Shown in pieces: positions 30,614-41,312 of a stretch of 64,000 nt of DNA. The DNA is taken from the NCBI GenBank assembly GCA_963695855.1, contig CAVOHZ010000010.1, positions 1,088,001 through 1,152,000 of the forward strand, read 5' to 3'. Under the pieces are notes generated by a model that saw nothing but the letters and a program-made list of their open reading frames with translations, was not told the DNA's origin and made no database searches. Numbering within the stretch: the stretch's first letter is position 1; each line of letters begins with the position of its first letter. This DNA is from an uncultured Nitrososphaerales archaeon. GTDB taxonomy: Archaea > Thermoproteota > Nitrososphaeria > Nitrososphaerales > Nitrososphaeraceae. Position numbers and translations under genes: made by a program.

Positions 30614-31342
30614 TTAATTATGAATATCAAATATTTGTCCGCTAATTTCTCCTTCTGGATAATCACGGCTTTGAACATTTAGATAAGCATATCCATTTTC
30701 AATAAGATCTATTAACTCGCTAAACGAAGAATTTTTAAGAGGTCCTTTAAGGTCTTCAATACCTAAAGAACCTTCTACTGATAGTCCAGGACCTTCTCTA
30801 CAATGGCCTTTTCCTTTGATCTCATTACATAAAGACAATACAGAAGGTCCATCTTCACCTCGATTTCCAATATGAACATCAATAATTTCTACGTCATCGC
30901 CTTCAACATAACTCATACCGTATAAGAAGACTTCAAAATCAAGTGTCTCCACATTGGGATGAAAAGTAAAGAATGCCTTTCCTCTAGAGTCGATATCACC
31001 ATTACCTTGTACGTAAATAGAAGGAGACGGATACATATTAGACGTAAAAATCATTGGATACATTGCAAGATTAGATGACAAGGGATTTATAGGATACATC
31101 AAATTGGATCTATCTTCCTCATTAATATTATCATCATAATGTCTATCATCATTTTGGTAATAGTTATTGTCTACATAATTTTCAGAGTACTCATTTTCAA
31201 TATCAATCAAAAGATTTTGAGTGACGGGTTTTTGATTCTTATTCATATCTCCATATATACTAGGGATGATCGATGATATCAATATACCAAATAGGATTAA
31301 AGAAAGAAATACTATAGAAAAAAATAAGAATGCTCTTTCCAT
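30614..31342 (-). CDS. Exported CHRD-domain protein
   Basis: Signal/TM segment; GKAFF, VHIG..G..GP.V, AYLNVQSRDYPEGEISGQI. Confidence 0.85.
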   Translation of the reverse strand: MERAFLFFSIVFLSLILFGILISSIIPSIYGDMNKNQKPVTQNLLIDIENEYSENYVDNNYYQNDDRHYDDNINEEDRSNLMYPINPLSSNLAMYPMIFTSNMYPSPSIYVQGNGDIDSRGKAFFTFHPNVETLDFEVFLYGMSYVEGDDVEIIDVHIGNRGEDGPSVLSLCNEIKGKGHCREGPGLSVEGSLGIEDLKGPLKNSSFSELIDLIENGYAYLNVQSRDYPEGEISGQIFDIHN

Positions 31343-31644
31343 TGTATGGAATTAAATATCAACTATTTCAAGAAATCGTTACACCATACTCTGAAATAAT
31401 TATAACCAATATATAGATTATAATGATACTGTACCAAAATAGGAAATCGTATTAATAAACATAATATGAATCCACGTGATAGAAGAAATCGTTATATTAA
31501 CATATTAATAATGATGTTATAGAAAAGTGATAAGATTTTTTTCGCTTTTTAGCAATTAATGAGTGAAATGTTCCAATAATAAATAAATAAACCGACAAAA
31601 TAATTAGAAAAAATATCCAAAATTAATTCTTGAACTATTGTGGT

Positions 31645-32307
31645 TTAGTGATCAAGAGACATCATAGTAAACAAGGCAGCTCCTTTAGTAGCAAGCTCGG
31701 CTGTAATTTTGCTATCATCATCACTTCCAATAATAATAACATCATTGTCTTTTGGTTTTAGCTTTTGAATTAATAAATCCTTTATAATATCTTCTCTATC
31801 TAATGCATCATACTCCGTTTCAGGAATAAGAAATTTACCATTAGAAAAGATAAGAGTTGTAGCGCCAATAGCACCCAATTTTATCGCTTCATCACGCTGT
31901 TCCAATCCTGACCCGATCAGCCTAGCAGAATTTTTTAACAATATACAATAATTGAATTTTCCCAAAGTGATGGAACTTTTTGGAATTATAGTTTCCGATG
32001 GGATTAGAGTTAGAAGGTCACGGAGAATAACTTTTCCCTTATTTGTTAGAATTGTTCCTGATTTACTGGTAATTATAATTTCATTCATTTTTAAATGTTT
32101 TACAAGTGTCTTAACTGATCCTTCTCCAATACTTAATTCCTTGCATAAAAATGATCTGCTGATATGTCCATGTACACTAGCTAATTGTAAAGTTTTAAAA
32201 ATATGAACAATCCCAAAAGATAGGTTCCTGCTAGGTGCATATTTACTGGAAATTCTACGTAATATCTTGATAGGATTATGCATAATTGTTTTATGAATAC
32301 CTAACAT
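31645..32307 (-). CDS. wHTH transcriptional regulator with DUF4443-like C-terminal domain
   Basis: SRSFLCKELSIGEGSVKTLVKHL HTH; GLEQRDEAIKLGAIGATTL. Confidence 0.8.
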   Translation of the reverse strand: MLGIHKTIMHNPIKILRRISSKYAPSRNLSFGIVHIFKTLQLASVHGHISRSFLCKELSIGEGSVKTLVKHLKMNEIIITSKSGTILTNKGKVILRDLLTLIPSETIIPKSSITLGKFNYCILLKNSARLIGSGLEQRDEAIKLGAIGATTLIFSNGKFLIPETEYDALDREDIIKDLLIQKLKPKDNDVIIIGSDDDSKITAELATKGAALFTMMSLDH

Positions 32308-32561
32308 GAATAATCAAATTTATTTGTATCAATATTTTATTTAAGTTTATAAATTACGTATCCCGAATTGTATACAAAAATTAGAAATATTTAATACTAT
32401 ACAGATTAAATAAAATACAAAATATTTAATAGATAATGCGATCTAGAACATCTTCACAAAATGATCTGATGATGTATTTTTAATCTACAAATCAAAGATA
32501 TTACTCGGTTGGATAAACTAGACAACACTTTATATACTACTTGCTAGTATCTTCATCACTA

Positions 32562-32777
32562 ATGACATTATCAAGACAGATTCAGATCCGCGACGATAAA
32601 ATTCCTAAATTAGCTATAGGAATTCTTTCGGTTGTATTATTATTTGGTTTATTTATGGTCGGATATGACCAAGGACAATTATTTAGCATGGTTCAAGGAG
32701 AAAAAGCATTTGAGGATCTTTTTATTCATGAATTATTCCATGACATGAGACATGCTGCAGGATTTCCATGTCACTAA
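32562..32777 (+). CDS. cbtB: Cobalt transporter subunit CbtB
   Basis: One TM segment and C-terminal HELFHDMRHAAGFPCH; ATG at 32562 lies about 26 bp after TTTATATA. Confidence 0.93.
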   Translation: MTLSRQIQIRDDKIPKLAIGILSVVLLFGLFMVGYDQGQLFSMVQGEKAFEDLFIHELFHDMRHAAGFPCH

Positions 32778-32795
32778 TTTTTTAGGTAATTAATA

Positions 32796-33524
32796 TTGAA
32801 ATCGTTCACTTTTATTTTTATTTCCGTTTTTTCTGGAGCAATTGCCGGAACAATTTTGGGCGTGATTAACCTCGGTATTGTGGAACCTTTTTTGGATAAT
32901 GCAATAGGAATTGAAGTTCAAAATGCAATAAAAGATGGGGAAGCAATAGATCAGAATGAATTACAAAGCTATCGAATATGGCAGAAAGTCGGTCAAATTG
33001 CTGGAGGAACCATTTTAGGTTTATCATTTGGAGCCCTTTTTGGTATTACATTCATTTTTGGAAGAAACATTCTTCCAGGTTCAAATAATCGGAGGAAAGC
33101 AGTCGTTCTTGCAGGGATTATATGGCTGGTAATTTTCCTTATTCCTGCACTCAAATATCCAGCAAATCCCCCTACAGTAGGAGACCCTGAAACGATCTAT
33201 GATAGACAGAATCTGTACATTATTTTCACCGCTATTTCTGGAATCACTGCACTTGCACTTGCAATGATATATAAAAAAATGGACGGAAATCCAGTCAAGA
33301 AATTTGCTTTCATCTCAGTCGCATATGGGATTGTAATGATTGGAGCTTTCATCATTGTGCCACAAAATCCTGATGAAATTACTGCACCTATCAATTTAGT
33401 GCAGGGATTTAGAATAGCAAGTGGATTTAGCATGAGCGTATTTTGGTTGCTTCTTGGAATAATATTTGGAAGTCTATGGGAAAAATTCAAGCCTCATGAG
33501 AACCAAAAAATAACCACATTCTGA
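32796..33524 (+). CDS. cbtA: Cobalt transporter subunit CbtA
   Basis: Five TM segments, EP.LD.AI..E, PALKYPANPP.VG; follows cbtB. Confidence 0.93.
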   Translation: MKSFTFIFISVFSGAIAGTILGVINLGIVEPFLDNAIGIEVQNAIKDGEAIDQNELQSYRIWQKVGQIAGGTILGLSFGALFGITFIFGRNILPGSNNRRKAVVLAGIIWLVIFLIPALKYPANPPTVGDPETIYDRQNLYIIFTAISGITALALAMIYKKMDGNPVKKFAFISVAYGIVMIGAFIIVPQNPDEITAPINLVQGFRIASGFSMSVFWLLLGIIFGSLWEKFKPHENQKITTF

Positions 33525-33614
33525 GAAAAAGATAGAGAAATTCTATATTTCTTATCTACTATTTACTATTTATTATTTTGCCAAATAGAATACTAGGCAA
33601 ACAACACTTTAAAG

Positions 33615-34064
33615 CTAGGATGAAAGTGTGGATATATTCTGAAGAGACAATGATTCCTGTCTACCATATTTTTCAAAGATTGATTCAAATTTTGATACTT
33701 TCTCTTGAATCAAATTTCCATTTGTATCATAGAGTTTAGAAAAATTTGCCCGCATTACCAAATTTCCGCAGATATCAAAAAAACGAATACTGTAACTTTG
33801 ACGATTATGAGATTCATTGAACTCTCTAACAAATCTTGCTTCTCCAACTTGGGTAATATTCAGATGGATATGCCAAGGGGTTGTCTCGTCGCCTATCGTT
33901 GCCCACTGGCCATTAATCTTAAATTTCATATCTTTTTGTAACCTTGCCTCACAAATACCACCCATATTCTTTACAGAAAAAATAATATCGTTTTGTTGAA
34001 GAATATCGTGTATTAAACCTTTGAATGTTGAATTAATCAATAGATAATGAATACATTTATCCAT
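33615..34064 (-). CDS. ChuX/HutX/HemS-like heme-binding protein
   Basis: NMGGICEA, WATI, WHIHL, SYSIRFFD..G. Confidence 0.7.
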   Translation of the reverse strand: MDKCIHYLLINSTFKGLIHDILQQNDIIFSVKNMGGICEARLQKDMKFKINGQWATIGDETTPWHIHLNITQVGEARFVREFNESHNRQSYSIRFFDICGNLVMRANFSKLYDTNGNLIQEKVSKFESIFEKYGRQESLSLQNISTLSS

Positions 34065-34455
34065 TAATAAATCATGATTGGAAATCGAAGAAATCTGATA
34101 AGATCGGATCTATTACTCTATATTATTTAAGTACTCTTTAGAGAGACACGTGAATTTATCATATCAATATAATAATAAGGTTAAAGCTATCGATGGATTA
34201 ATTTGAAAACATATTCTTGCTGTCTAATTCAGGATAAACAAAAAATTCTTTTTAAAACAATCAATACTGATAATGGATTAAAGATCAGACAGAAATATAA
34301 TTTTTATCAATATCGAGATATAATAATATTCATGATATTTCAAAGATATACAGTATTACTAGAATAATGATGTGATGATTAAGAAAAAAATAGTGATGAT
34401 TTTAAAGATAATAGTAAGAAAATTATTATTATCATAAAAATATACTTGTTGAATA

Positions 34456-34914
34456 ATGCAAGAGAAAAGAGAATTACCAAGAAAAATGGTATGGTTATCG
34501 TTTGTCTCTTTATCATTAACATATTCTATCATGCTAATTGGAGTTTTTATCACTTCATCTCATCAAGGACTTTCATGTCCTGGTTGGCCTTTATGCCCAA
34601 ATGGTTTTGATTTTCCATCTTCAAAATATTTCTTTGAGCATTTTCACAGGATGCTGGTTTTAATAACGAGTGGATTTATCGTTGCAACAGCACTATATTC
34701 AGTTAAGAAAGCTAGATCGGTTAGAAAAACAGCAGTAATTGCAGCACTAATTGTGATAGTACAGATTCTTATGGGGATGATTGTAGTAAATTCAAAGCTA
34801 CACGCTGTCCTCGTTGCGGGACATCTTGGTACTGGGATGGTATTATTTGCCATGTTGTTATTGACTTTTATTTACTCTTATAAGGAAAGAAAGAACAATA
34901 AGTTTAAATTATAG
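34456..34914 (+). CDS. ctaA: Heme A synthase, half-size 4-TM type (paralogue 1)
   Basis: GLSCPGWPLC, EHFHR, Q..MG, HLG. Confidence 0.85.
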   Translation: MQEKRELPRKMVWLSFVSLSLTYSIMLIGVFITSSHQGLSCPGWPLCPNGFDFPSSKYFFEHFHRMLVLITSGFIVATALYSVKKARSVRKTAVIAALIVIVQILMGMIVVNSKLHAVLVAGHLGTGMVLFAMLLLTFIYSYKERKNNKFKL

Positions 34915-35371
34915 TTTTTATCCATGTAAAATCAGCGCTTTAAAAATTTTAAATGTAATTTGTAATACAAAATAGATCTTAATTTATCAATTTATCAAAG
35001 AATACGAAACCTGATTAGTTTGGATGAATTATCTGAAATTTTAGGTGGTCCAAATAATTTCAAAAAATATATTCCAGTTTTTCTGATTTATTTTATCTTA
35101 TCTTAATTGGAGTAAAATGACAGGTAAAGTATTTGATAGATCAACATATGATAATTTTTGACTGCTTTAAACTTTTTATATTTATGAATAATGAAAATTA
35201 AAAGGATAATTCAAAATATTTTATCAAATAATTTAACCTGTAAAATAGCTCGGTTTCCATAAAAAAATGTATAAAATCTTGAATTTATTATTACGAATAG
35301 CGTGAAACAGAGAGATCTCTCTCTTAACAATCGAGTCTGTGGAGGTTACATCAAAAAGTTATATACAAATT

Positions 35372-36160
35372 TTATTTTTTTTGGGAGTCCAAACTTTCTT
35401 TATACAAAGATATCATTTCTTGATATCCTTCAGAAAAATCTTTATTCAAATTTTCGATTAAATCTATAAATTTTAAATCACCAGATAAAATTCCTTTCAT
35501 CTTTGTTTCCAGTTCATATAATGTAACTCTAACATCATCTTTTAGCCCAGTATTAACGGCCAATAAATTAGTTTCATTATACATTATTAATAATTTGAAA
35601 GCAAGTCTCCTGATAAGCCATTCTAAATCAAACTTCAATCGGTCAATAATTCTTATTTTATCATCTTCTTTGTTTGATGAATTAACATCATCGATTGCAT
35701 TAAGAGTGAGATTGCAACATTCCTGTATATACGTAGTTAACTGAGAATAAAATCTACCTGTCGACATTTTTATAGTTTTTTCTTGAAAGAATTGATAAAC
35801 AAGAGTTTGTAAAATAATATCATCTTGATATTTGATTAAGAATTGTGGGGGATATATAGAAATATTTAGAAAGATATAGAATAAACCATTAGTTCTAAAT
35901 CGAAAGCTTTTGGAACTGCTCAAGAATCTCCCCCGGCCAATTTCTAGAAACCCAGTATCTTCGAGATACTGTGATATTATAGATGTAGGGTCCTTTGTGT
36001 CAGATGGTGGATTACGTAGTTTTAGATATGATTTAAATTTGAAAGATTGATCATGTCCGCTTACAAGTTTTAAAAGAAAAGCGCGCTGGTCTAAAGTAAG
36101 ATCCTGTTTCTTGTAGCTCAATAACGATTCAATATAATTTGAATATGTCATGATCAGCAT
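35372..36160 (-). CDS. Hypothetical protein
   Basis: 262 aa ORF; possible winged-helix-like N-terminus. Confidence 0.7.
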   Translation of the reverse strand: MLIMTYSNYIESLLSYKKQDLTLDQRAFLLKLVSGHDQSFKFKSYLKLRNPPSDTKDPTSIISQYLEDTGFLEIGRGRFLSSSKSFRFRTNGLFYIFLNISIYPPQFLIKYQDDIILQTLVYQFFQEKTIKMSTGRFYSQLTTYIQECCNLTLNAIDDVNSSNKEDDKIRIIDRLKFDLEWLIRRLAFKLLIMYNETNLLAVNTGLKDDVRVTLYELETKMKGILSGDLKFIDLIENLNKDFSEGYQEMISLYKESLDSQKK

Positions 36161-36380
36161 ATGCTATGATACCCACGTATTTATAAAATTATATTATCAC
36201 CGATTCATCGAATCGAACAATTTAATTGATAGATCGATATACATTTAGATTTGAGAGGATTATACAAAATATATGTCTAAAAATATATATTTTTTTTACT
36301 AAATGCATTCCTGATTTTTATAAATAAATTTATAAATCTATTACTAAAAATGAAACGTTTTGTGATTAGATTAGATTAGA

Positions 36381-36722
36381 TTAAAATGGAAATTCTAGGG
36401 TTGTGCTTTCTAGATCCAAAATAGGAATATAGATAGAATGTGATTCCGTTCCAAGATCTTCTGCAAATTCATATTTTCCACTTGTCTTATTGAGCTGGAT
36501 AAACTTGTCCTCAGGTTTTTCCATGACAACAGTATAATGAATTAAACTGCTTCCAATCGAACTATTATATATAAAAATGATATTTTTATTATGACAATTT
36601 ATAAAATAAAGTAAAGAATTTATCCCTATTGCAGATTGCGATGATGCCAACATTATTTTCAGCATATCTTCAAGATTATTGTATTTAAGATAATGAAATT
36701 TTGATTTTGGGTTTTTTTGCAC
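36381..36722 (-). CDS. Hypothetical protein
   Basis: 113 aa ORF with GTG start. Confidence 0.65.
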   Translation of the reverse strand: MQKNPKSKFHYLKYNNLEDMLKIMLASSQSAIGINSLLYFINCHNKNIIFIYNSSIGSSLIHYTVVMEKPEDKFIQLNKTSGKYEFAEDLGTESHSIYIPILDLESTTLEFPF

Positions 36723-36822
36723 TCATATTTAAAACATCTACCCATTATTAGACCTTGCTAAAATATACAAAATTGGGAAAAATAAAAATTTACATTTTAT
36801 CTGATATTGAAAAATCATAACC

Positions 36823-37695
36823 ATGCGAAAAAAAACCAAGAAAAAATATACCACTAAGGTAAAAAGAAGTGATGTGATAAAAACAAACAGAATTTACAAT
36901 ATCGATTGTATAAAATTTATGCAGAAATTAATAGATGAGAACAAAATTAAATTTGATGTTATTGTAACTTCCCCACCATATAACATAAATAAATATTATA
37001 CAAAATATAATGACAGGAGAGAAAAAAATGATTACCTTGATTGGTTACAAAGAATTGCAGAAAAGAGTATATACATACTAAAGGAAGACGGATCTTTCTT
37101 TTTAAATGTTGGAAGTACGTTAAAAGATCCATTATTGCCGTATGATATCGCAAGAAGATTTATTGATGGGGGATACAAGCTACAGAATACTATTCATTGG
37201 ATCAAATCAATTTCATTTGAAGATAATGACATTGGAAAAAATAATATATTGAAAGAAAATACCTCCGTAGGGCACTTTAAACCTATAATAAGCAAGAGAT
37301 TCTTAAGCGATCTACATGAATATATTTTTCATTTCACAAAGATCGGAGACCTGACAATTGACAAATTGGCAATCGGTGTAACATATCAAGACAAGACAAA
37401 CATAGGAAGATGGAAATCAGCAACTAGTGACAGAAGAGATAGAGGTAATAATTGGTTCATTCCTTACAATACAATTCAAGAAAGAAGACCTCATCCAGCG
37501 ATATTTCCTAAAAAGTTACCATATTTATGTATTAAATTACATGGAATAAAAGAAAATATGATTGTTTATGATCCATTTATGGGAATAGGTTCTACTGCAC
37601 TGGCATGTATAGATATTGGAGTAAACTTTGTTGGTACAGAAATAGATAATAACTATGTAAAAATTGCAAATGAATATATCAAAGGATGTCGGTAA
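36823..37695 (+). CDS. Beta-class N4-cytosine/N6-adenine DNA methyltransferase, apparently orphan
   Basis: TSPPY (motif IV) precedes HPAIFP and YDPFMGIGST (motif I); no adjacent endonuclease. Confidence 0.92.
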   Translation: MRKKTKKKYTTKVKRSDVIKTNRIYNIDCIKFMQKLIDENKIKFDVIVTSPPYNINKYYTKYNDRREKNDYLDWLQRIAEKSIYILKEDGSFFLNVGSTLKDPLLPYDIARRFIDGGYKLQNTIHWIKSISFEDNDIGKNNILKENTSVGHFKPIISKRFLSDLHEYIFHFTKIGDLTIDKLAIGVTYQDKTNIGRWKSATSDRRDRGNNWFIPYNTIQERRPHPAIFPKKLPYLCIKLHGIKENMIVYDPFMGIGSTALACIDIGVNFVGTEIDNNYVKIANEYIKGCR

Positions 37696-37780
37696 ATGTT
37701 GGTATTACAATCTTTAACTTGTACAAGATTGGAAACGAGAATTATCCATATGCAATATTTTTGTAAACAAAATTATTTTA

Positions 37781-40700
37781 TCATATAACTGAAATACTTA
37801 CTTCCTTTCCATCTATATCGATATTCTTATATTCTATTTTATCTAATTGTTGTTCTGATAAAATTAATGATTTGACTCGAACGAGATATGTTAACTCATC
37901 TTTAAATCGTGATAAAGAAGATATTTCGTCCTTATCTAACTTTGCAACATAGGCAGTAGAAAGGATCTCAGTAGGATTATATGATTTCTCTTTTCTTAAC
38001 TGCTGGAGATTTCTCGCCAGATCTCTCAAGAGACCCTTGACAAGTAGAACTGGATCTCGAAATGAAGAAATAAAAACCATAAGATTTTCTTTTTCTGCAT
38101 TCACATAACCATCTTTGAGAGTAAATGATATCTCCAAGTCTTGACTGAAAATTTCAATGGAAGATAACGAAAGATCGTCATAAACTATTTTAAAACTTTT
38201 AGTATCTTGTACACACTTTAAAACTTCAATTTTATCGAGCTTTTCAAATTTCGCAATTACCTTAGCAATATCAGATTTGACTTGCGGTGCTATATTTTTT
38301 TTAATTAGGGAAACAGATGGAATAATTGGGATTTCCGCTTCTAATAATCCAAGGATCTTTTCAATTTCATTATTTGCAGATATCTCTATTATTTTAAAAG
38401 TTTCCACATTAAGTTGGTTTTTCAAGATTTCTGATATTTCGCTTTTTGAAAATTCCTGTTCAAGTGTGATATGTTCATTTGTTGAATTATTTTTTTCATG
38501 AAATTGACATATGACAATATTGGAAAGAGGCCAACGACGTTTAAGTTTGGCTTTCATTCTTGCAGAATTTGATATAGATATAATTTCCTTTATTTTTTCG
38601 AAAGTATTTTCAAGATCCTTGTTTATCAGATCATTCAGTGGTTCGGGCCATTGACAAAGTAATATACTTGCTTTTTGAATATTCGTAAAACAATTTAGAT
38701 ACAAATATTCTGTTAGAAAAGGCGACACAGGATGAAGAATTACATCTACCTTTTCAAGAACATAGTCCAATGTTGCAAATATTGCTAATCTTCTATTGAT
38801 TTCTTCGATGCTATCATTCCAGATATAATTTCTGGTAAGTGGGATATATGTTTGGCTGATATCATTTATAATAAATTCTTCTATAGCTTTTGTTCCCTCA
38901 TGAAATCTACAATTTTCAAAGCAATTATTCACATACAAGATCAACTTTTGTAATATGGAAAATAACCATTTTTCTGGTAGTTCTAATAGATTATTTTGCA
39001 AGGCCCATTCAAGATTATGCCTATTTCTATCGAAATTATCCAATACACTATTTTGTTTTAAATATACATGTAAATAATATAATGTACTTAAAACCTGATA
39101 TGGTCTTGAAGCCATTTCTTTAAGGCTGAAATTTAATGCTTCAATTGGAGATGACTTCCAGATAAAATAGAATCTGATTAGATCAACTGGATTTTGATCT
39201 AATAAGAAATCTGCTTCAATAACATTTCCCGCACTTTTACTCATTTTGTTTCCTTTTTCATCCAATATATGACCTTGAAAGAGAAAAGATTGGAATGGTG
39301 CCGTAGAAGCATTATTCAGGATAACATTTTGCATTAACAGTGAGTACGACCACCCTCTAGTTTGATCGATTCCCTCAGTCAAAAATACTGCAGGTATCAA
39401 ATTATCATACTCTGTATCACTAAAGGATGCAAATGGTGCAGACCCACTATTGTGCCAAGTGTCAAGCACAAAAGGTTCTCTAACCATTTCCGAATTACAT
39501 TTAAGACAATTTATTTCAACTCTATCAATCCAAGGCCTATGCAATTCGAAATAACATTTATCAATAGCTGAAACATCCCGACTATTAGTTTTCTTAACAT
39601 CGTCTTTATTTTGCTTCTTAAACTTGATTATTAGGTTGTCATTGTCCATGAACAAAAGATTCTGCGACCTATCCACTAGTTCTTTTTTAGTTGATAACAG
39701 TTCTTTTTCTCCACACTTTTCACAGGTCCAGATTGGAAGCGGGGTCCCCCAAATACGTTCTCTTGAAATACACCAAGGAACCTTTTCTTTGATTATTTCA
39801 AGAAATCTATTCTTTGGAGCATCAAAAAAATACTCTACGTTGGTTGCTGCTTCTAAAGGTTTATCCCCCAATTTATCAATCATATAAAAATATTCTCTCC
39901 TTGCTAACCATACAAGTTTATGATGTGATCTCCAACATGTTGGATATTGGTGTTTTATTCTACCTATTTTCACAGCAGATCCTAATTCATTCATAATATC
40001 TATGATTTTTTGATCCGCATCCCTAACAAATAGATCCTTGAACTCACCTGCAGCTTCGGTAAAGAATACTCTATCATCAATCGGAACAAATATTGGAACA
40101 TTTCTCTTTTTAGCTATGTTGAAATCATCTTCTCCGTTAGCAGGTGAAAGATGAACTATACCACTACCAGTAGTGACATCTACAAAATCTTCAGACACGA
40201 CAAAGTGAATAGATCTGGAATTAGAGAGACCTTTTAGTCCAGGAATAAGGTCCAGTAATGGATGGATGTAATATTTTCCATCAAGATCTTTACCTTGTGT
40301 AATTTTGATAGTTTCATATTTATCAATTTGTAGTTCCTTCATCAAATCGTTTAATCTTGTTTCACCAATTATCCAAACTTCATTATTTACTTTAACGTAG
40401 ACATAATTAGCATCAGGATTAACCGCAGTTAGCTCATCTGTTATTAAAGTAAAAGGCATGGTAGTCCACACAATAAGATATGAATAATCATCAACCAGTT
40501 TTACCTTGTAGTAAAAAGATGGATCTTCAACAGTATCGTATCCCTGATTGACTTCAGAGTTACTTAGAGAAGTCTGACATGACGGGCAAAATGCAACCAC
40601 TCTAAACCCTTCTTGCAAAATTCCGTTATCCCAAGCTTTTTTCAAATATGACCATTCCCTTTCCATATATTGATCATAATAGGTCCAATATCCTCTTTCA

Positions 40701-41146
40701 TAATCAAATGACATACCGAGAAGTTTATCAACATGTACCCATTTTTCATTATATTTCTTGACTAAGGATTTACATGACTGTACTATTTTCTCGATACCAA
40801 CTCTATCAATATTATCACTCTTATTTCCTGTTAAACCCAATTCTTTTTCAACTTGAAGTTCTACTGGTAAACCTTGAGTATCCCATCCTGGCCTAAAAAC
40901 GACTTTATTTTGTTTTAATACATTAAACCTAAACCAAAGGTCTTTGATTATTCTTCCGCGTAAATGTCCTACATGGGGTTCTCCATTCATTGTAGGAGGT
41001 CCGTCGACATAACCCAGAACTTTTTGATTATTTCGATTTTCTATCTCATTTTTTATAAATTTATTAAATTGTATTAGTTCCATGTGATCCCTAATTTTTC
41101 TTTCAATGAGTTTAGCATTGAAATGCGCCTCAAGTACCATAAACAC
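37781..41146 (-). CDS. ileS: Isoleucyl-tRNA synthetase
   Basis: DGPP, HVGH, GWDTQGLP, WTTMP, GSGIVH, WCISRER, EGIDQTRGW, KMSKS. Confidence 0.97.
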   Translation of the reverse strand: MFMVLEAHFNAKLIERKIRDHMELIQFNKFIKNEIENRNNQKVLGYVDGPPTMNGEPHVGHLRGRIIKDLWFRFNVLKQNKVVFRPGWDTQGLPVELQVEKELGLTGNKSDNIDRVGIEKIVQSCKSLVKKYNEKWVHVDKLLGMSFDYERGYWTYYDQYMEREWSYLKKAWDNGILQEGFRVVAFCPSCQTSLSNSEVNQGYDTVEDPSFYYKVKLVDDYSYLIVWTTMPFTLITDELTAVNPDANYVYVKVNNEVWIIGETRLNDLMKELQIDKYETIKITQGKDLDGKYYIHPLLDLIPGLKGLSNSRSIHFVVSEDFVDVTTGSGIVHLSPANGEDDFNIAKKRNVPIFVPIDDRVFFTEAAGEFKDLFVRDADQKIIDIMNELGSAVKIGRIKHQYPTCWRSHHKLVWLARREYFYMIDKLGDKPLEAATNVEYFFDAPKNRFLEIIKEKVPWCISRERIWGTPLPIWTCEKCGEKELLSTKKELVDRSQNLLFMDNDNLIIKFKKQNKDDVKKTNSRDVSAIDKCYFELHRPWIDRVEINCLKCNSEMVREPFVLDTWHNSGSAPFASFSDTEYDNLIPAVFLTEGIDQTRGWSYSLLMQNVILNNASTAPFQSFLFQGHILDEKGNKMSKSAGNVIEADFLLDQNPVDLIRFYFIWKSSPIEALNFSLKEMASRPYQVLSTLYYLHVYLKQNSVLDNFDRNRHNLEWALQNNLLELPEKWLFSILQKLILYVNNCFENCRFHEGTKAIEEFIINDISQTYIPLTRNYIWNDSIEEINRRLAIFATLDYVLEKVDVILHPVSPFLTEYLYLNCFTNIQKASILLCQWPEPLNDLINKDLENTFEKIKEIISISNSARMKAKLKRRWPLSNIVICQFHEKNNSTNEHITLEQEFSKSEISEILKNQLNVETFKIIEISANNEIEKILGLLEAEIPIIPSVSLIKKNIAPQVKSDIAKVIAKFEKLDKIEVLKCVQDTKSFKIVYDDLSLSSIEIFSQDLEISFTLKDGYVNAEKENLMVFISSFRDPVLLVKGLLRDLARNLQQLRKEKSYNPTEILSTAYVAKLDKDEISSLSRFKDELTYLVRVKSLILSEQQLDKIEYKNIDIDGKEVSISVI

Positions 41147-41312
41147 AAAAAGATTCTAATAACCATTCTTTATGTTTTTGGATAAGTAAATTTAACTGAT
41201 TGATTTAGATATAAACTATCAAAAAGAAAAGAAAATTGATTAATATATTATAAAATAAATCACATAGACCAATATAACTACATTAACCAAAATCTATACT
41301 ACAATAATAATA

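Noticed and set aside
32310-32560. Cobalamin riboswitch upstream of cbtB
   Set aside because: Very AT-rich with no B12-box, and the TATA position implies a leaderless transcript
35309-35322. 14-bp palindrome AGAGAGATCTCTCT
   Set aside because: Low-complexity dinucleotide sequence with no supporting context
39540-39670. Possible intein or intron in ileS (extra charged segment)
   Set aside because: Short in-frame hydrophilic loop without intein splice motifs or a bulge-helix-bulge structure
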